In this document: positions 63,304 through 64,000 of the stretch, piece after piece | Layout of the letters: each line of letters opens with the position of its first letter | How positions within the stretch are numbered: position 1 is the stretch's first letter | From: Candidatus Nomurabacteria bacterium | GTDB lineage: Bacteria; Patescibacteriota; Minisyncoccia; Phycocordibacterales; UBA5272 | Reading direction: 5' to 3' | DNA length: 64,000 nucleotides | NCBI GenBank assembly: GCA_037130925.1 | Contig: JBAXSC010000004.1 | Coordinates: 4,156-68,155, forward strand | Made by a program: the position numbers and the translations under genes | Notes under the pieces: generated by a model | Told to the model about the DNA's origin: nothing | Databases searched by the model: none | Seen by the model: only the letters and a program-made list of their open reading frames with translations

Positions 63304-64000
63304 TTAGTTAAAAGGACAACTGTTATTTTGTATCCAATTATCAGCAGGTATTTTCCAAAGAGAGTATTGTGAGTCGTTTGGTTCTAATATAGAATAACTT
63401 GCTCCTGGGGTATTTATAATTGAACAATAAATTCCTTTTACTGGAGGAGTTGTATTTGTAGAATTGGATCCTGTTAAAGATGGGTCGGGAGTGGTAAAAT
63501 TTTCTATAGGTATATTTTTAACTGCGTAAGTCATAAATTCATTCCACATTGGTACAGCAATTAATCCGGAAAGTTGATTATCTATTACTGAGTTGTCGTT
63601 ATTTCCTCCCCATACACCAACAGAAATAGAAGGGGTGTATCCAATTGTCCAAGCATCACGATAATTGTTTGTGGTGCCTGTTTTTGCGGCTACAGGCCTA
63701 TTTCCAAAGTATAGTCCAGAACTTGGTCCTTCAAGGGGTGTTCTTGCGACATTATCAGAAAGAATACTATTTATTTCGTCTGCTACATAACTTGGTATGG
63801 CGGATACGGTATTTTGATTATATTTTTCTAAAACATTACCATCTTTATCTGTAATATTTAAAATAAATGATACCGGATTATAATTTCCTTCGTTTCCAAA
63901 AGTAGCATAAGCATTTGTCATTTGTAATAAAGAAACTTCACCTGAACCAAGAACCAGAGATAATCCGTAATTTCCATTTATATCAAGACTGGTTATTCCA
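63304..64000 (-). CDS. Class A penicillin-binding protein, C-terminal part (5' end beyond the window)
   Basis: The frame stays open to base 64000. KTG motif AAKTGTTNNYRDAWTIGYTP. The track ORF merely starts at an internal Met. Confidence 0.8.
   Translation of the reverse strand, partial: GITSLDINGNYGLSLVLGSGEVSLLQMTNAYATFGNEGNYNPVSFILNITDKDGNVLEKYNQNTVSAIPSYVADEINSILSDNVARTPLEGPSSGLYFGNRPVAAKTGTTNNYRDAWTIGYTPSISVGVWGGNNDNSVIDNQLSGLIAVPMWNEFMTYAVKNIPIENFTTPDPSLTGSNSTNTTPPVKGIYCSIINTPGASYSILEPNDSQYSLWKIPADNWIQNNSCPFN

Noticed and set aside
1-64000. Alternative genetic code (UGA recoded, as in Gracilibacteria/SR1 or Mollicutes)
   Set aside because: Long, motif-complete ORFs are obtained with the standard code, so there are no in-frame TGA codons to recode. 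The one split gene (VirB4) is interrupted by TAA, not TGA.

Overview
The window is a very AT-rich, gene-dense bacterial chromosome segment (about 30% GC, estimated by eye). It uses the standard code: long ORFs have no in-frame TGA, and every stop I checked is TAA or TAG. The content suggests a small-genome, Patescibacteria/CPR-like organism with a peptidoglycan wall, but that assignment is inference only.

The supporting traits are:
- ComEC is split into two ORFs.
- Trigger factor lacks its PPIase domain.
- The RNase P RNA is short.
- tRNA genes do not encode CCA.
- L34 carries a C-terminal tail.
- I saw no Shine-Dalgarno motifs upstream of gene starts.
- Many secreted proteins are Asn/Ser/Thr-rich.

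Recognisable core genes include rpmB, comEC, nusA, ppa, tig, rsmE, hup, clpP, rny, yraN, rnpB, cca, recJ, rnhA, pgk, xth, a xer-type recombinase, rpsO, comM/yifB, uvrD/pcrA and rsmA. The classical yidC-rnpA-rpmH / dnaA-dnaN origin block and a class A PBP close the window. There are four tRNAs: Gly-GCC, Pro-TGG, Gly-TCC and Arg-TCG.

The main candidate system is a co-directional 14.3 kb, 11-gene cluster at 44232-58584. It encodes a minimal Gram-positive-type type IV secretion-like apparatus:
- a PrgI/VirB3-like protein;
- a VirB4 ATPase split into two ORFs;
- a 985-aa VirB6-like polytopic protein;
- a PG-binding + 3D + C39-like wall hydrolase;
- five unrecognisable secreted or anchored proteins.

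The cluster has no relaxase, coupling protein, integrase or element boundaries in view, and it sits in core chromosome next to dnaA.

Other signals not explained by the ORF track:
- an orphan ~380-nt promoter-to-terminator structured RNA unit (13.4-13.8 kb);
- a 745-bp non-coding island with five phased TTTCAYGTGAAA palindromes (18.0-18.7 kb);
- a cassette-like array of small ORFs, each behind the same repeated promoter module (9.8-11.0 kb);
- a structured tRNA-like paralogue next to tRNA-Pro;
- a recurrent TGnTAnAAT-N6-ATG geometry that implies leaderless mRNAs;
- a TPI homologue that has lost its catalytic His and phosphate-binding motifs;
- a partial collagen-like repeat protein at the left edge that is missing from the ORF track.
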